From NCBI GenBank assembly GCA_000965745.1, contig CP009479.1:2162688-2226687 (forward strand): a stretch of DNA of 64,000 nt. The letters are read 5' to 3'. Positions 1 through 9,532 of the stretch are shown here, one piece after another. The position numbers and the translations under genes are program-made. The notes under the pieces were generated by a model that was not told the origin of the DNA, made no database searches, and saw only the letters and a list, made by a program, of their open reading frames with translations. How positions within the stretch are numbered: the stretch's first letter is position 1; each line of letters begins with the position of its first letter. This stretch comes from an uncultured archaeon (GTDB taxonomy: Archaea; Thermoplasmatota; Thermoplasmata; Thermoplasmatales; Thermoplasmataceae).

Positions 1-1
1 T

Positions 2-1363
2 GGTGCGCATACATACAGAAGGCTGTGCCACGTGGGAGACAAGACCGGCCTGGAAATGATAAGAACACTTGAAGACCAGGTCCTGCACAGAGATATCAAG
101 GTACACGACGAAACTGTTGTAACCAAGATTTTCAAGAAAGATGGCAGGGCGGTAGGTGCGCTGGCTTTCGAGATGAGAACTGGAAAATTCATGGCGATCA
201 AGAGCAAGGCGGTTATTCTGGCCACTGGAGGAGGGGGCAGACTATTCAAGGTTACCTCGAACTCCTGGGAGTCTACAGGAGACGGTTTTGCCCTGGCTTT
301 CGATGCTGGTGCAACACTAATGGACATGGAAATGGTCCAATTCCACCCGACCGGGATGGTCTACCCGCCAGGTGTGAGGGGCATGCTGGTAACAGAGGGA
401 GTCAGGGGTGAGGGGGGAATTCTTCTAAACTCCAAGGGAGAAAGATTCATGAAAACCTACTCCCCCAACAAGATGGAACTTGATGCCAGAGATGTTGTAG
501 CAAGATCAATTTATAATGAGATACAGGAAGGAAGGGGGACTGAGCACGGCGGAGTGTACCTGCAGATTCACCACAAAGGCGCCAAGTTCATTCTTGACAA
601 GCTGCCCGGTATGCACTCGCAGTTCCTGGAATTCGCTGGTGTTGACATTACGAAGGAGAACATGGAGGTTGCTCCCACAACCCATTACTACATGGGTGGA
701 ATAAAGATAGATCCGGAAGACAACCAGACAACGCTTCCCGGGCTGTTTGCCTGTGGCGAGGCGGCAACTGGGCTTCACGGTGCAAACAGGCTTGGCGGGA
801 ACTCGCTTATCGACCTCCTCGTATTCGGAAGGAGGACGGGGCAGTCCGCGGCCAAATACACCAAAGATGCGCAACCGGCAGACGTGAGCGAGAATGACAT
901 AATTGAGGAAATATCCAGAGTGACGGGTTTCCTGAACAAGCCGAGTGCAGTAAATCCATATGAATTGATCAATGAGCTGAGAGACACAATGTCCAAGTAT
1001 GCAGGCATCAGGAGGACAGAAGAGAACCTGACGACTGCTCTTGACATACTGCTCAAGATAAAAGGGCGGTACAGTGAAATAGGTGTTGCCGGAAATGTCA
1101 GGTTCAATCCGGGGCTGATAGCCTGTTTTGAGCTTCACAGCCTTCTCACAACGGGTGAGCTCTTGCTGAGAGGTGCGATACAGAGGAAGGAAAGCAGGGG
1201 AGCCCATTTCAGAAGCGATTATCCAAAGATGAGTGAGGAGTTTAAGAGGAATATTACCTGGCACATGGAAGGCAATGAGGTCAAGAGCTCTTTCTCGACC
1301 ATGCCTGAGCTTCCGCCTGAAATGGTGAAAATAGTTGGTCAAGTGGAGGGGCATACTCAATGA
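2..1363 (+). CDS. sdhA: Succinate dehydrogenase/fumarate reductase flavoprotein (5'-truncated by window)
   Basis: Frame open from position 2 (GAHTYRRLCHVGDKTG...); motifs QFHPT, TEGVRGEGG, HYYMGG, LHGANRLGGNSL, ESRGAHFR. Confidence 0.95.
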   Translation, partial: GAHTYRRLCHVGDKTGLEMIRTLEDQVLHRDIKVHDETVVTKIFKKDGRAVGALAFEMRTGKFMAIKSKAVILATGGGGRLFKVTSNSWESTGDGFALAFDAGATLMDMEMVQFHPTGMVYPPGVRGMLVTEGVRGEGGILLNSKGERFMKTYSPNKMELDARDVVARSIYNEIQEGRGTEHGGVYLQIHHKGAKFILDKLPGMHSQFLEFAGVDITKENMEVAPTTHYYMGGIKIDPEDNQTTLPGLFACGEAATGLHGANRLGGNSLIDLLVFGRRTGQSAAKYTKDAQPADVSENDIIEEISRVTGFLNKPSAVNPYELINELRDTMSKYAGIRRTEENLTTALDILLKIKGRYSEIGVAGNVRFNPGLIACFELHSLLTTGELLLRGAIQRKESRGAHFRSDYPKMSEEFKRNITWHMEGNEVKSSFSTMPELPPEMVKIVGQVEGHTQ

Positions 1364-2100
1364 AAGAAGTGACGTTTATAGTCTATAGAAAAGACCCATC
1401 GGTCAGTGAAGAGGAGAAATTTGAAGAATACAAGGTTCCGGTGGAAGAAGGGATGGTCGTCCTCGATGGAATACATTACATTGAGAACAACATAGATCCA
1501 ACTCTTGCGGTAAGGTGGAACTGCAAGGCTGCAAGATGCGGCTCCTGTTCTGCTGAGGTGAATGGTTTCCCAAGGCTGATGTGCAAGACAAGGGTTGAGG
1601 ATATGGGAGACAGGATCAAGGTATCCCCCATGAAGGCTTACCCCGTTGTGAAAGACCTTGTCACCGACGTATCACAGAATTATGACATAGAGAGAAGGAT
1701 TCCCGAGTTCAAGCCCAAGGAAGGGCTGCAGGAACCATGGAGAGTTGACGAGATGGATGTGAAGAGATCCATGGAGTTCAGGAGATGCATTGAGTGCTTC
1801 CTTTGCCAGAACATCTGCCATGTGATCAGGGAGCATGAATCGAATTATGTCGGTCCAAGGCACATGGTTAAGATAGCATCCCTCGATATGCATCCACTTG
1901 ATGACGTCGACAGGTCTGAATTCCTCCATGATGAGGGGGGAGCTGGATACTGCAACATAACCAAATGCTGCCAGGAAGTCTGCCCGGAACACATTCACAT
2001 CACCGACAACGCCATAATACCGATGAAGGAGAGAATAGTTGGCAGTTACTATGATCCGATAGAGAGGGCAATTAAGAAAATCAGGAGGAAAAAGAGGTAG
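1360..2100 (+). CDS. sdhB: Succinate dehydrogenase iron-sulfur subunit
   Basis: CKAARCGSC..C, CIECFLC, CNITKCC.EVCP clusters; ATGA overlap with sdhA. Confidence 0.95.
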   Translation: MKEVTFIVYRKDPSVSEEEKFEEYKVPVEEGMVVLDGIHYIENNIDPTLAVRWNCKAARCGSCSAEVNGFPRLMCKTRVEDMGDRIKVSPMKAYPVVKDLVTDVSQNYDIERRIPEFKPKEGLQEPWRVDEMDVKRSMEFRRCIECFLCQNICHVIREHESNYVGPRHMVKIASLDMHPLDDVDRSEFLHDEGGAGYCNITKCCQEVCPEHIHITDNAIIPMKERIVGSYYDPIERAIKKIRRKKR

Positions 2101-2106
2101 GTAAAA

Positions 2107-2823
2107 ATGGTAGAGAAAACTAGCGGTTTTTTCAAGGTTATTCCAAGAGAGCTGTGGGAACCAAACTGGAGAGTGTGGTCATTCGTGCTTCTTCTTGTGG
2201 TTTCCGTGGGAACGTTCATAGAATTCCCAGTCGCACCATTCAATGGGTACGTTGATCCCTTCTATTCTCCAACAGTGCTCGTGCTTCCATTCGTAGGGCT
2301 CTTCAGGCTGACATGCTACGCTTACAGGAAAGACTATTACAGGCACGTGTTCAACCACCCGAGAAGTTGCATGACCCCTGCCAGAGCCGAGTCAAAGCAC
2401 AAAGGATACAGCGGTGAGACCAACCTCTTTGGAATAAGCAACCTCCACAGATACTTCCTTTACATAGGAATCGCAATCCTTCCATTCTTCTACTACGACT
2501 TTGTGACATCAATGTTCATAGGCGGGGCGTTCATGATCAGGCTTGGAAGCATTATCTTGCTTGTCAACGCAATACTTGTCTCACTCTGGACGTTCTCATG
2601 CCATGCATTCAGGCACCTGACCGGAGGAAACGTGGACTGCTACAGTTGCACTGCTGCCCCCAAGTTCAGGAAGGGATGGTTCAACAGGCAGTCACTCATG
2701 AATGAGCACCACGAGGCTTTTGCTTTCATCAGCCTTGCGTTTATTGTGGGAGTTGACCTTTACATGAGAGCACTGTCGGCAGGTTGGCCAATAGACTTCA
2801 CATTCCTGAGCTTCCACCTCTAG
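2107..2823 (+). CDS. Succinate dehydrogenase membrane anchor, Sdh1/type-F-like
   Basis: Hydrophobic helices with FRLTCYAYRK, HRYFLY, SCHAFRH..GG..DCYSC, H..FAF.SL motifs; directly after sdhB. Confidence 0.8.
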   Translation: MVEKTSGFFKVIPRELWEPNWRVWSFVLLLVVSVGTFIEFPVAPFNGYVDPFYSPTVLVLPFVGLFRLTCYAYRKDYYRHVFNHPRSCMTPARAESKHKGYSGETNLFGISNLHRYFLYIGIAILPFFYYDFVTSMFIGGAFMIRLGSIILLVNAILVSLWTFSCHAFRHLTGGNVDCYSCTAAPKFRKGWFNRQSLMNEHHEAFAFISLAFIVGVDLYMRALSAGWPIDFTFLSFHL

Positions 2824-2832
2824 GTGATCAAA

Positions 2833-3033
2833 ATGGAAGAAGAATATGAAAAGAAAAAATATCTCGGAACGGGTATAAGATACCCCCTGTTCTTCATCGG
2901 TGTCATGTTAATGGCCATAGGAGGAAACGCGTACAAATTCACGTCCTTCTCCCTGACCGGAATAGAAGCAATAGTCGGCATCGGGTTCGCAATTTTTGTG
3001 GCATCGATGCTTCCCGGCATGAAGAAGAAATAA
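2833..3033 (+). CDS. Small two-helix membrane protein, possible accessory Sdh subunit
   Basis: ATG at 2833 after GGTGA SD-like site; two hydrophobic stretches; ends the sdh operon. Confidence 0.6.
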   Translation: MEEEYEKKKYLGTGIRYPLFFIGVMLMAIGGNAYKFTSFSLTGIEAIVGIGFAIFVASMLPGMKKK

Positions 3034-3040
3034 TAACACA

Positions 3041-3075
3041 CTTTTTCCCTTAAACCCCCTTTTTGCTGCTTTTTG
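3041..3075 (+). terminator. Archaeal oligo-T terminator after sdh operon
   Basis: Several T-runs immediately after the last stop codon. Confidence 0.45.
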
Positions 3076-3114
3076 ATTGACTGGCAAACCTTAAATATTA
3101 TTTATTAATTATAG

Positions 3115-3137
3115 GTTGACAACTAATGGTTGTCAAC
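3115..3137. promoter_or_regulatory. Heat-shock operator palindrome GTTGACAAC-N5-GTTGTCAAC
   Basis: Perfect 9-bp inverted repeat between an AT-rich TATA region (~3090-3100) and the GAGGTG SD of hsp20. Confidence 0.75.
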
Positions 3138-3151
3138 AGAGGTGTAGATAT

Positions 3152-3691
3152 ATGGCAAGAAAAGACTTTGATGATTGGGATGAAGATTTCTTTGGAGACA
3201 TGTTCAGTGAGTTCGGCTTTGACTTCAAAAAGATGAACGAGCGCATGAGGAAGATATGGGACAGGATGCTTCACGACCCTGATTTTGCCACACAGGAACC
3301 TTACGTTTACGGGTTCACATACAAGGTCGGGCCGGAAGGCAAGCCCTATTTCCAGGAGTTCGGGAACATGCCGGGAATGAGGAGAGAAAGGGCAAACATC
3401 CAGCAGAAAGACGTTAGAGAGCCAATAACAGACATTACAGAAGACAAGGACAAGTCGTACTTCACGTTCGAGCTTCCAGGAATATCAAAAGAGAACATAG
3501 ACCTGAAAGTATCTTCCAGAAACGTAACCATCAGTGTAAAAGAGGGCACAAGGAAATACTACAAGAGCATCGATCTCGACTATGAGGTTAAGCCCGAATC
3601 TGCCAAGGCCAGGTTCGTGAACGGCATACTTGATGTTTCGCTGGAAAAAACAACGAAAGAAGGCTCCGGAAAAACCATAGACATCGAGTGA
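3152..3691 (+). CDS. hsp20: Archaeal small heat-shock protein Hsp20
   Basis: YGFTYKVGPEGKP..QEFGN, REP.TD, ELPG, A.F.NGILDV alpha-crystallin motifs; ATG 3152 with SD GAGGTG. Confidence 0.93.
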   Translation: MARKDFDDWDEDFFGDMFSEFGFDFKKMNERMRKIWDRMLHDPDFATQEPYVYGFTYKVGPEGKPYFQEFGNMPGMRRERANIQQKDVREPITDITEDKDKSYFTFELPGISKENIDLKVSSRNVTISVKEGTRKYYKSIDLDYEVKPESAKARFVNGILDVSLEKTTKEGSGKTIDIE

Positions 3692-3706
3692 CGTGAAGAG
3701 CGGAAA

Positions 3707-4309
3707 ATGGTTAAAGACGACCTTGATCTGTTCCTTACAGCCCTTGAAAACAGTACAAGAAGGGAGATACTCAAGAGGCTCACCCTTGAGGAATCCTACG
3801 CCCTTGAAATAAGCAAGTGGATCGGTGTATCACAGCAGGCAATAAACAAACAACTTGATCTGCTTGAAAAGTCGAGGCTGATAAGTTCGGCCGGGTTGAT
3901 GCCAAGCAACAGCGGCGCGCCAAGAAAGATCTACCGGCCAACCAATTTTTCCTCAATAATCATAGATTATTCTAGGAGTTTCTTCGAAGTAAAAAAATAC
4001 GAACTCGACTTCGATCTTGAAGAGAACCGGGAAAATGAATCAAGCACTGTGAAGGAGCTCATTGGGGAGCTTAAGGATGTCAACGAGAAACTCGATGATA
4101 TCATGAAAAAAAGAACAGAGCTGCTTTCCAGGAAAGACTCAATAATCATGAACATCAACAGCAGGATTGCGAGGGAGGCGAGCGACAACCTCCTGAGGGC
4201 GATTATTTCGACATTTCTTGAGACACTGGATGAGGAAGAAACGGCCGATAGGCTTTCCATGCCTCCCGAAGTTGTAAAAATCGTCGTCTCGGACTTCCTG
4301 AAGCTATAA
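3707..4309 (+). CDS. ArsR-like wHTH heat-shock regulator (Phr/HSR1-type)
   Basis: ALENSTRREILKRL...SQQAINKQLDLLEK...PRKIY plus coiled coil; downstream of hsp20. Confidence 0.8.
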   Translation: MVKDDLDLFLTALENSTRREILKRLTLEESYALEISKWIGVSQQAINKQLDLLEKSRLISSAGLMPSNSGAPRKIYRPTNFSSIIIDYSRSFFEVKKYELDFDLEENRENESSTVKELIGELKDVNEKLDDIMKKRTELLSRKDSIIMNINSRIAREASDNLLRAIISTFLETLDEEETADRLSMPPEVVKIVVSDFLKL

Positions 4310-5065
4310 TCTCTCCGCAAACTCATTCAGAAAAGTTTCCTCGGAGTCGTTCAGGGTCGAAGGTAACACCAGGGCGGCAGGATTTCCTTCCACACCACTT
4401 TTTTTAATTGACCCCATCGTGCCGAAAACCAGTCTCTGGCCCGGCTGAGAAACTGCTATTGCCACGCAAATATCCCTTTCAGGCTCAAGTATTCTGCCCT
4501 TTCTTCTCCTTTCGAGTTCCTCCAGGATTCTTACAGCCTCCTGCACAGGCATTGTCTTTCCGTCTTTCAGGTCAAGAAGAAGGAGTGTGTGTAGATCCAT
4601 TGAGATATTCTTCTCTATCTTGTCATAGACACTTGTTGGAAAGAAGCTCCTGCTTACGAATGGTATCGAGACAGGGGGGCCAAAACGATAGTGCATCAAT
4701 CCAAAAACGCCCGGAATTACGCTTATTATTGAAGAGTTTTCAAAAATTCGGACTTCGACGCCAGCCTTCATGGCGTCCAGGCGCAACTGGTTATGGGTGG
4801 TGGCGCTTAGAGGGTCTCCAGTAACTAGAAGGCAAACCTTTGTGTCCCTTGATTCGTCTATTATATCCTTTTCAGATTCAATGAAATCCCTGCCGGCTTC
4901 CAGGAGTTTCCTGCCCAGGGCGTTTCTGAGGTCAGCCATGGTTGAGCCCGGGGAGATGGAGGTGTAGGTTTCAAAATAGACTGAGTCGCAGGATTTCATC
5001 ACTTCAAATGATTCAAGGGTAATGCTTTTCGTGCCCCTCAGGCCCAGGCCAATTATGTTTAGCAT
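4304..5065 (-). CDS. dph5: Diphthine synthase
   Basis: IGLGL, ETYTS, GDPLSATTH, HTLLLLD motifs. Confidence 0.92.
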   Translation of the reverse strand: MLNIIGLGLRGTKSITLESFEVMKSCDSVYFETYTSISPGSTMADLRNALGRKLLEAGRDFIESEKDIIDESRDTKVCLLVTGDPLSATTHNQLRLDAMKAGVEVRIFENSSIISVIPGVFGLMHYRFGPPVSIPFVSRSFFPTSVYDKIEKNISMDLHTLLLLDLKDGKTMPVQEAVRILEELERRRKGRILEPERDICVAIAVSQPGQRLVFGTMGSIKKSGVEGNPAALVLPSTLNDSEETFLNEFAERL

Positions 5066-5067
5066 GC

Positions 5068-6282
5068 TCAGCGCGATATTTCCTCTTCTATCCTTACAAG
5101 CTCATTGAGCTTGGAAAGCCTCTCGCCACCGATGATTCCTGACTTTATGTATTTTGAGGAAAATGCCACAGCAAGGTGTGCAATGAAATCGTCTGTTGTC
5201 TCGCCGCTTCTGTGTGACACGACATTCTCCATGCCTGCGCGGGTAGCGAGGTCTACTGCCTCATACGTGGAGGTGAGTGTTCCGATCTGGTTGACTTTTA
5301 TAAGTATGGCATTGGTTGATTTTTCCTCTATGCCGCGCTCAATTCTCTTGGTGTTTGTAGTGTATAGGTCATCGCCGACTATGAGGCACCTGTTCCCTAC
5401 CGCCTTGGTTATCTCTGCGAACCCCTCGAAGGCATCTTCGTAAAGTGGGTCCTCCACAAGGGCAAACCCGTAATCGTTGACAAGTGATTTTACATAGTCT
5501 ATCTGCTCGTCCTCCGATTTCTTTGAATTCCTGTATACGTACTTTCCCTTCTCATAAAAAGAGGTCGCTGCCAGGTCCATTCCAAGATCGATTTTGACCC
5601 CGGTTTCTCCAGATACCTGTTCTGTCGCGTCCTTCAGTATATCTATGGCTTCTTCATCGGATATGCTCGCAGTCCAGGCACGCTCATCCCCAACGCCTAT
5701 GCTGACGTTTGGAAACTTGGCGGACAGAACTTCACCTATCTTCCTGTGCACCAGTGAGTTCACGTGTATCGATTTCAAAAAGGTGTCGCCATGTGCGGCT
5801 ACGTGGAATTCCTGAATAGTTGTTCCATTTGTCGAGTGCTTGCCTCCGCCGATCACGTTTCCGAGGGGCCATGGAATTCTATTGACAAAACTTCCTCCTA
5901 CAACTGAATACAACGGAATTCCCAGCTTGCATGCAGAGGCCTTAGCGTTAGCTATTGAGAGGGCAGTTGCCATATTTCCTCCCAGGAGGCCGAAGTTGTA
6001 TGTGCCGTCAAGCTCAGTGAGAACACGGTCAAATCCCCTCTGATCCAGAGAATTTCTTCCGATTATTGATGATTTTACGCTTGAATTAAAGAACTCAATT
6101 GAGGAATCGATTCCCTTGTTTGAGAACGCAATCACCTCGGTCGCTCCAGTGCTGGCTCCTGATGGTGCAGAGCAGCGACCGAAGGCTCCATCCAGGTAGA
6201 TATCTGCTTCTATCGTATACCTGCCCCTTGAATCCAGAACTTTCCTGACGTTTACGTCCCTGATTTCGAACCCTTTAACCAT
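5068..6282 (-). CDS. eno: Enolase
   Basis: [35 protein letters not shown]. Confidence 0.96.
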   Translation of the reverse strand: MVKGFEIRDVNVRKVLDSRGRYTIEADIYLDGAFGRCSAPSGASTGATEVIAFSNKGIDSSIEFFNSSVKSSIIGRNSLDQRGFDRVLTELDGTYNFGLLGGNMATALSIANAKASACKLGIPLYSVVGGSFVNRIPWPLGNVIGGGKHSTNGTTIQEFHVAAHGDTFLKSIHVNSLVHRKIGEVLSAKFPNVSIGVGDERAWTASISDEEAIDILKDATEQVSGETGVKIDLGMDLAATSFYEKGKYVYRNSKKSEDEQIDYVKSLVNDYGFALVEDPLYEDAFEGFAEITKAVGNRCLIVGDDLYTTNTKRIERGIEEKSTNAILIKVNQIGTLTSTYEAVDLATRAGMENVVSHRSGETTDDFIAHLAVAFSSKYIKSGIIGGERLSKLNELVRIEEEISR

Positions 6283-6324
6283 AACGATACCTAAACCAAA
6301 CTATTGATAAAAAACCTTCCCGGC

Positions 6325-6858
6325 TCATTCGTGTTTCTCAAGTGTACCGGAGTAGCTGACACAGAATGCGTTATACCTTTCCTTGTAAGCTGTCCAGAGT
6401 TGGACGTACCTGTCGGTCACTTCAGCCACAACCTTTGCCGGAATGCCAACGGCAATCTTCCTGTCCGGTATTACGTCCTTATTCTTGACGACCGCCCCTT
6501 CACCAACAGCGGACCACTCGCCCAGCTCCGCAAAATCTGAAACTACAGACCCCATTCCAATAACTGCCCAGTCCTTGATTTTCGCCGTATGGACAACTGC
6601 GTTATGCCCCATTGTGACATGACTGCCTATTCTGGTCGTCTCCCCGGGCCTGGAATGAACCACGCAGTTGTCTTCGATGGCGGTAAAGTCTCCAACCTCT
6701 ATCTTTCCATAATCCCCGCGCAGCACCGCACCGGGGCCAACCCATGTCCTCTTCCCTACTGTAACGTCGCCGATGACTGTCGCGTTGGGAAAAATATAAG
6801 CTTCCCCGTCAATCTTCGGTTTTCTCCCTTCATATCCATAGGAAGTCATTGGTTCCAA
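6325..6858 (-). CDS. Gamma-carbonic-anhydrase-like hexapeptide-repeat protein
   Basis: VIGDV, AVLRGD, IEDNCVVH, GHNAVVH. Confidence 0.9.
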   Translation of the reverse strand: MEPMTSYGYEGRKPKIDGEAYIFPNATVIGDVTVGKRTWVGPGAVLRGDYGKIEVGDFTAIEDNCVVHSRPGETTRIGSHVTMGHNAVVHTAKIKDWAVIGMGSVVSDFAELGEWSAVGEGAVVKNKDVIPDRKIAVGIPAKVVAEVTDRYVQLWTAYKERYNAFCVSYSGTLEKHE

Positions 6859-6880
6859 TCCCGTTTACGTATTAAAAACA

Positions 6881-7792
6881 TCATTCGCCCGCGATTACCT
6901 TCCTTTTTTCCCTGAACAGCTTCTCTATGTCGCCGTAGCCAAACCTGAACTCACTCATTGGAGTTTCTATGGCCTTCGATGAAACGATGATGCCCATGAT
7001 TATGGAATCGCTGATGCTCATTCCCTTCCACAGCCCCATGTACAGGCCTGACCTGAAAGAGTCACCTGCGCCTATTGTGTCGTACACTTTCTCTGCCGGA
7101 AGGATTGAAAAGTGATTGGAATCCCCATCCCGGAAAGCTGAAACCCCGCTCTGGCCACCGGTTATTATTATCGTTTCAATCTCCGACGTCAGTTCCTCAT
7201 GGGACTTTCCTGTCAGCTCCTTAAGTTTTTGGTATTCCGCTTCGTTCCCAACAAACATGTCTGCACGGTCTATGAATTTTTGAGCAGTTTCCCTGCTGTA
7301 CCTGTAGTGTATTTCCTGTCCCGGGTCAAATGTAACCTTGCTGCCCCCGAGCAGATCGAAAACTTTTGCGTATTCCTCCGGAGGGCCTGTTGAAAAATGT
7401 GCCCACTTGTAATCAGAATCAGCTGAAAAATTTACTGCGGGAGACCATGAATCCATGGGGCCCTGGAATACGTATGCCACCTGGTCATTGCCGTCGGAAG
7501 ATATATAGCAGACCGGACCGTAGCTGTCTTTCAGCTGGTCGACGTGTTTCAGGTCGATGCCAATGGACGAGAGGTATTCAAGGTATTCAGCGTGGGTCTT
7601 CGGAGATACTGCTGAGTAAAGGTCAAAATCAAGCCCAAGTTTTCTTGAGACTATTGCAAAATTCCCGGCCGTGCCACCAAAATTCTCGGATACGTCTGTC
7701 ACGTTGACCGACCCGACGCGCGGGAGTACTGGTACCCTTATCGATACATCAATGTTTATGTGACCAAAAAAAGCAAGGAAAGATGATGTCAT
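6881..7792 (-). CDS. PfkB-family carbohydrate/nucleoside kinase
   Basis: FGGTAGN, FDPGQE, DTIGAGDSF. Confidence 0.9.
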   Translation of the reverse strand: MTSSFLAFFGHINIDVSIRVPVLPRVGSVNVTDVSENFGGTAGNFAIVSRKLGLDFDLYSAVSPKTHAEYLEYLSSIGIDLKHVDQLKDSYGPVCYISSDGNDQVAYVFQGPMDSWSPAVNFSADSDYKWAHFSTGPPEEYAKVFDLLGGSKVTFDPGQEIHYRYSRETAQKFIDRADMFVGNEAEYQKLKELTGKSHEELTSEIETIIITGGQSGVSAFRDGDSNHFSILPAEKVYDTIGAGDSFRSGLYMGLWKGMSISDSIIMGIIVSSKAIETPMSEFRFGYGDIEKLFREKRKVIAGE

Positions 7793-7808
7793 CTCTCCCT
7801 TGATCCAA

Positions 7809-8465
7809 CTATCGTATTTGGTTATTGAGGTCTCTCAGGACGTTTCTGATTGTTACTTCGGAAACTCCTGCGAATTTTGAGATCTCGCCCTGAGTTCTCA
7901 GTTCACCCCTCTTCTGGCAGGAGATATACAAGCTTGCAGCTGCAATGGCGGAGGGCTTGAATGTTTTTGATCTCTTCTTCAGAGATTCTGAAAATTCAGA
8001 GCACGTGTCCTTTGCCATCTGGACGGTTCCCTCACTGATCATCAGCTTCTTCCCTATGGATGCTATCACAGCGTTGTGGTCAGGCATGCTCCTCTTGTAT
8101 TTTGGCTCCAGGTCAAGGATCTTCTTGTATGTCCTCATTACAAGAACCGGGTCCAGCTGGTCGGGGAACCTTTTGCTCTTTGACTTCCCATAGAACGAGT
8201 TTGGAGCAACATAGGTGTTCAGTTCCCTGGCGGCCGCAATTATGCACGCTGCTACGGTATACCTGAAATCCTTGCCCCTCATAAGATCCTTCTTGGTAAC
8301 ATTCTGGTAAACCTCAAGGCTCTTGATCTGAAGCTCCTTGGGAAGATTCAGAAATCTGTTGAGCTCGTCATAGTACTGCAGGAAAATCCTGTCAGATACA
8401 TTCCTTCTCATTATTGAAATTTTGAACTGGTTAAACCTTTTGGCAAATGATATTGAACTGTCCAT
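7809..8465 (-). CDS. TFB (TFIIB)-like protein, cyclin repeats only
   Basis: LMRGK....VAACI..AARE and AAASLYI....RTQ.EI...AGVSEVTIRN; no N-terminal Zn-ribbon. Confidence 0.8.
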   Translation of the reverse strand: MDSSISFAKRFNQFKISIMRRNVSDRIFLQYYDELNRFLNLPKELQIKSLEVYQNVTKKDLMRGKDFRYTVAACIIAAARELNTYVAPNSFYGKSKSKRFPDQLDPVLVMRTYKKILDLEPKYKRSMPDHNAVIASIGKKLMISEGTVQMAKDTCSEFSESLKKRSKTFKPSAIAAASLYISCQKRGELRTQGEISKFAGVSEVTIRNVLRDLNNQIR

Positions 8466-8470
8466 TCACT

Positions 8471-8863
8471 TCACCCCTTCACGATGTCCTTGTAGAAATT
8501 CTCTACATTCACAATTTCCGTTTTTTCACTCCGGCCCATTATGTCTTTTATCTCAGACGCCACCAGATTTTCTTTTCCATAGAGCATTGAATAAAATACC
8601 TGCCCCCCTTCGTGATGCATTACAATCTTCTCAGGAAATGAAAATTTTTCAAAGAATTTCGTGCATATTGCCCTGAACATTACATAGGATTCTTCCCCAA
8701 CGTAAGACAGAGATTCCACTATAATCCCTCTTCCTCTTCTGGTTATTTCGTTCACTTGGAGATTATCCTTTGTGAAATAGTAACCTACCTCGCGGATGCT
8801 TCCTTTATGTGCTTTTTCGCGCTTCGTCTGAAGGTACCGTACATTTCTCATGGATAGTTTCAT
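8471..8863 (-). CDS. Hypothetical protein
   Basis: 130-aa ORF, 5 bp upstream of the TFB-like gene, AT-rich promoter region upstream. Confidence 0.6.
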   Translation of the reverse strand: MKLSMRNVRYLQTKREKAHKGSIREVGYYFTKDNLQVNEITRRGRGIIVESLSYVGEESYVMFRAICTKFFEKFSFPEKIVMHHEGGQVFYSMLYGKENLVASEIKDIMGRSEKTEIVNVENFYKDIVKG

Positions 8864-9100
8864 TTCGACCCACTTCTAATACGTATTACTAAAGAAGGTA
8901 TATAAAAGTTACGCCATTTTTTTCATCAAAATTATTAAATAGGGATGATGCTTTGTTTCAAATTGTACCTGTCTTTTAAATACTCGATATCAAAAATTCG
9001 ACAAAAATGAACAAAACATTCACATTTCAAAAATATGAGAACCGGTAAAACCAGTTAAAATTGTCCAATTAAGTATTAGAATAATTGGACTCAGGTCAGA

Positions 9101-9532
9101 TTACAAAGTAAGTTCAAGCTCCACTTTGGCCATGTTGCCGAACACAATAGTGTCCTTGTCTGGACAGTCCACAGGGAGAGAGAGCGACTTGTTCTCCTTG
9201 AGAGATTTGAACGCGTCCAGAAACCTTCCAAGGTCGTTGCGGCTATCATGTATAATGAGGAAGTTCCTGGTGCCCGGCGTAACGCCGACTGCCCCATAAG
9301 CCTTAGGTATCTGAGAGTGCCCGGAAAGATATAGCATCAGTAGAGTTGCGTCATCCCTGACCTTTTTCCCCCTGTTCCGGTCCACATGTTCCATGGCAGC
9401 CCTGATTTGAACTTCAGAAAAGATCTTGTTTCTGTCCAACACGGCAAAAAAATTTTCAGCAGTCCGTAAAAAATCACGGACCTTGTTTGATTCCAGAGAT
9501 ATATTTGAACTGAGATATGTGAAATCAGGCAA
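9101..9532 (-). CDS. cgi121: KEOPS subunit Cgi121-like
   Basis: Q..AA.EH, LMLYLSG.SQI..A...VGV pattern. Confidence 0.7.
   Translation of the reverse strand: MPDFTYLSSNISLESNKVRDFLRTAENFFAVLDRNKIFSEVQIRAAMEHVDRNRGKKVRDDATLLMLYLSGHSQIPKAYGAVGVTPGTRNFLIIHDSRNDLGRFLDAFKSLKENKSLSLPVDCPDKDTIVFGNMAKVELELTL

Noticed and set aside
3116-3151. Upstream start codons in the ORF track (hsp20; likewise ROK kinase, ABC subunits, MCM, trpA, cas1)
   Set aside because: Downstream ATGs fit SD sites, overlaps and family N-termini better; the hsp20 extension is the operator itself
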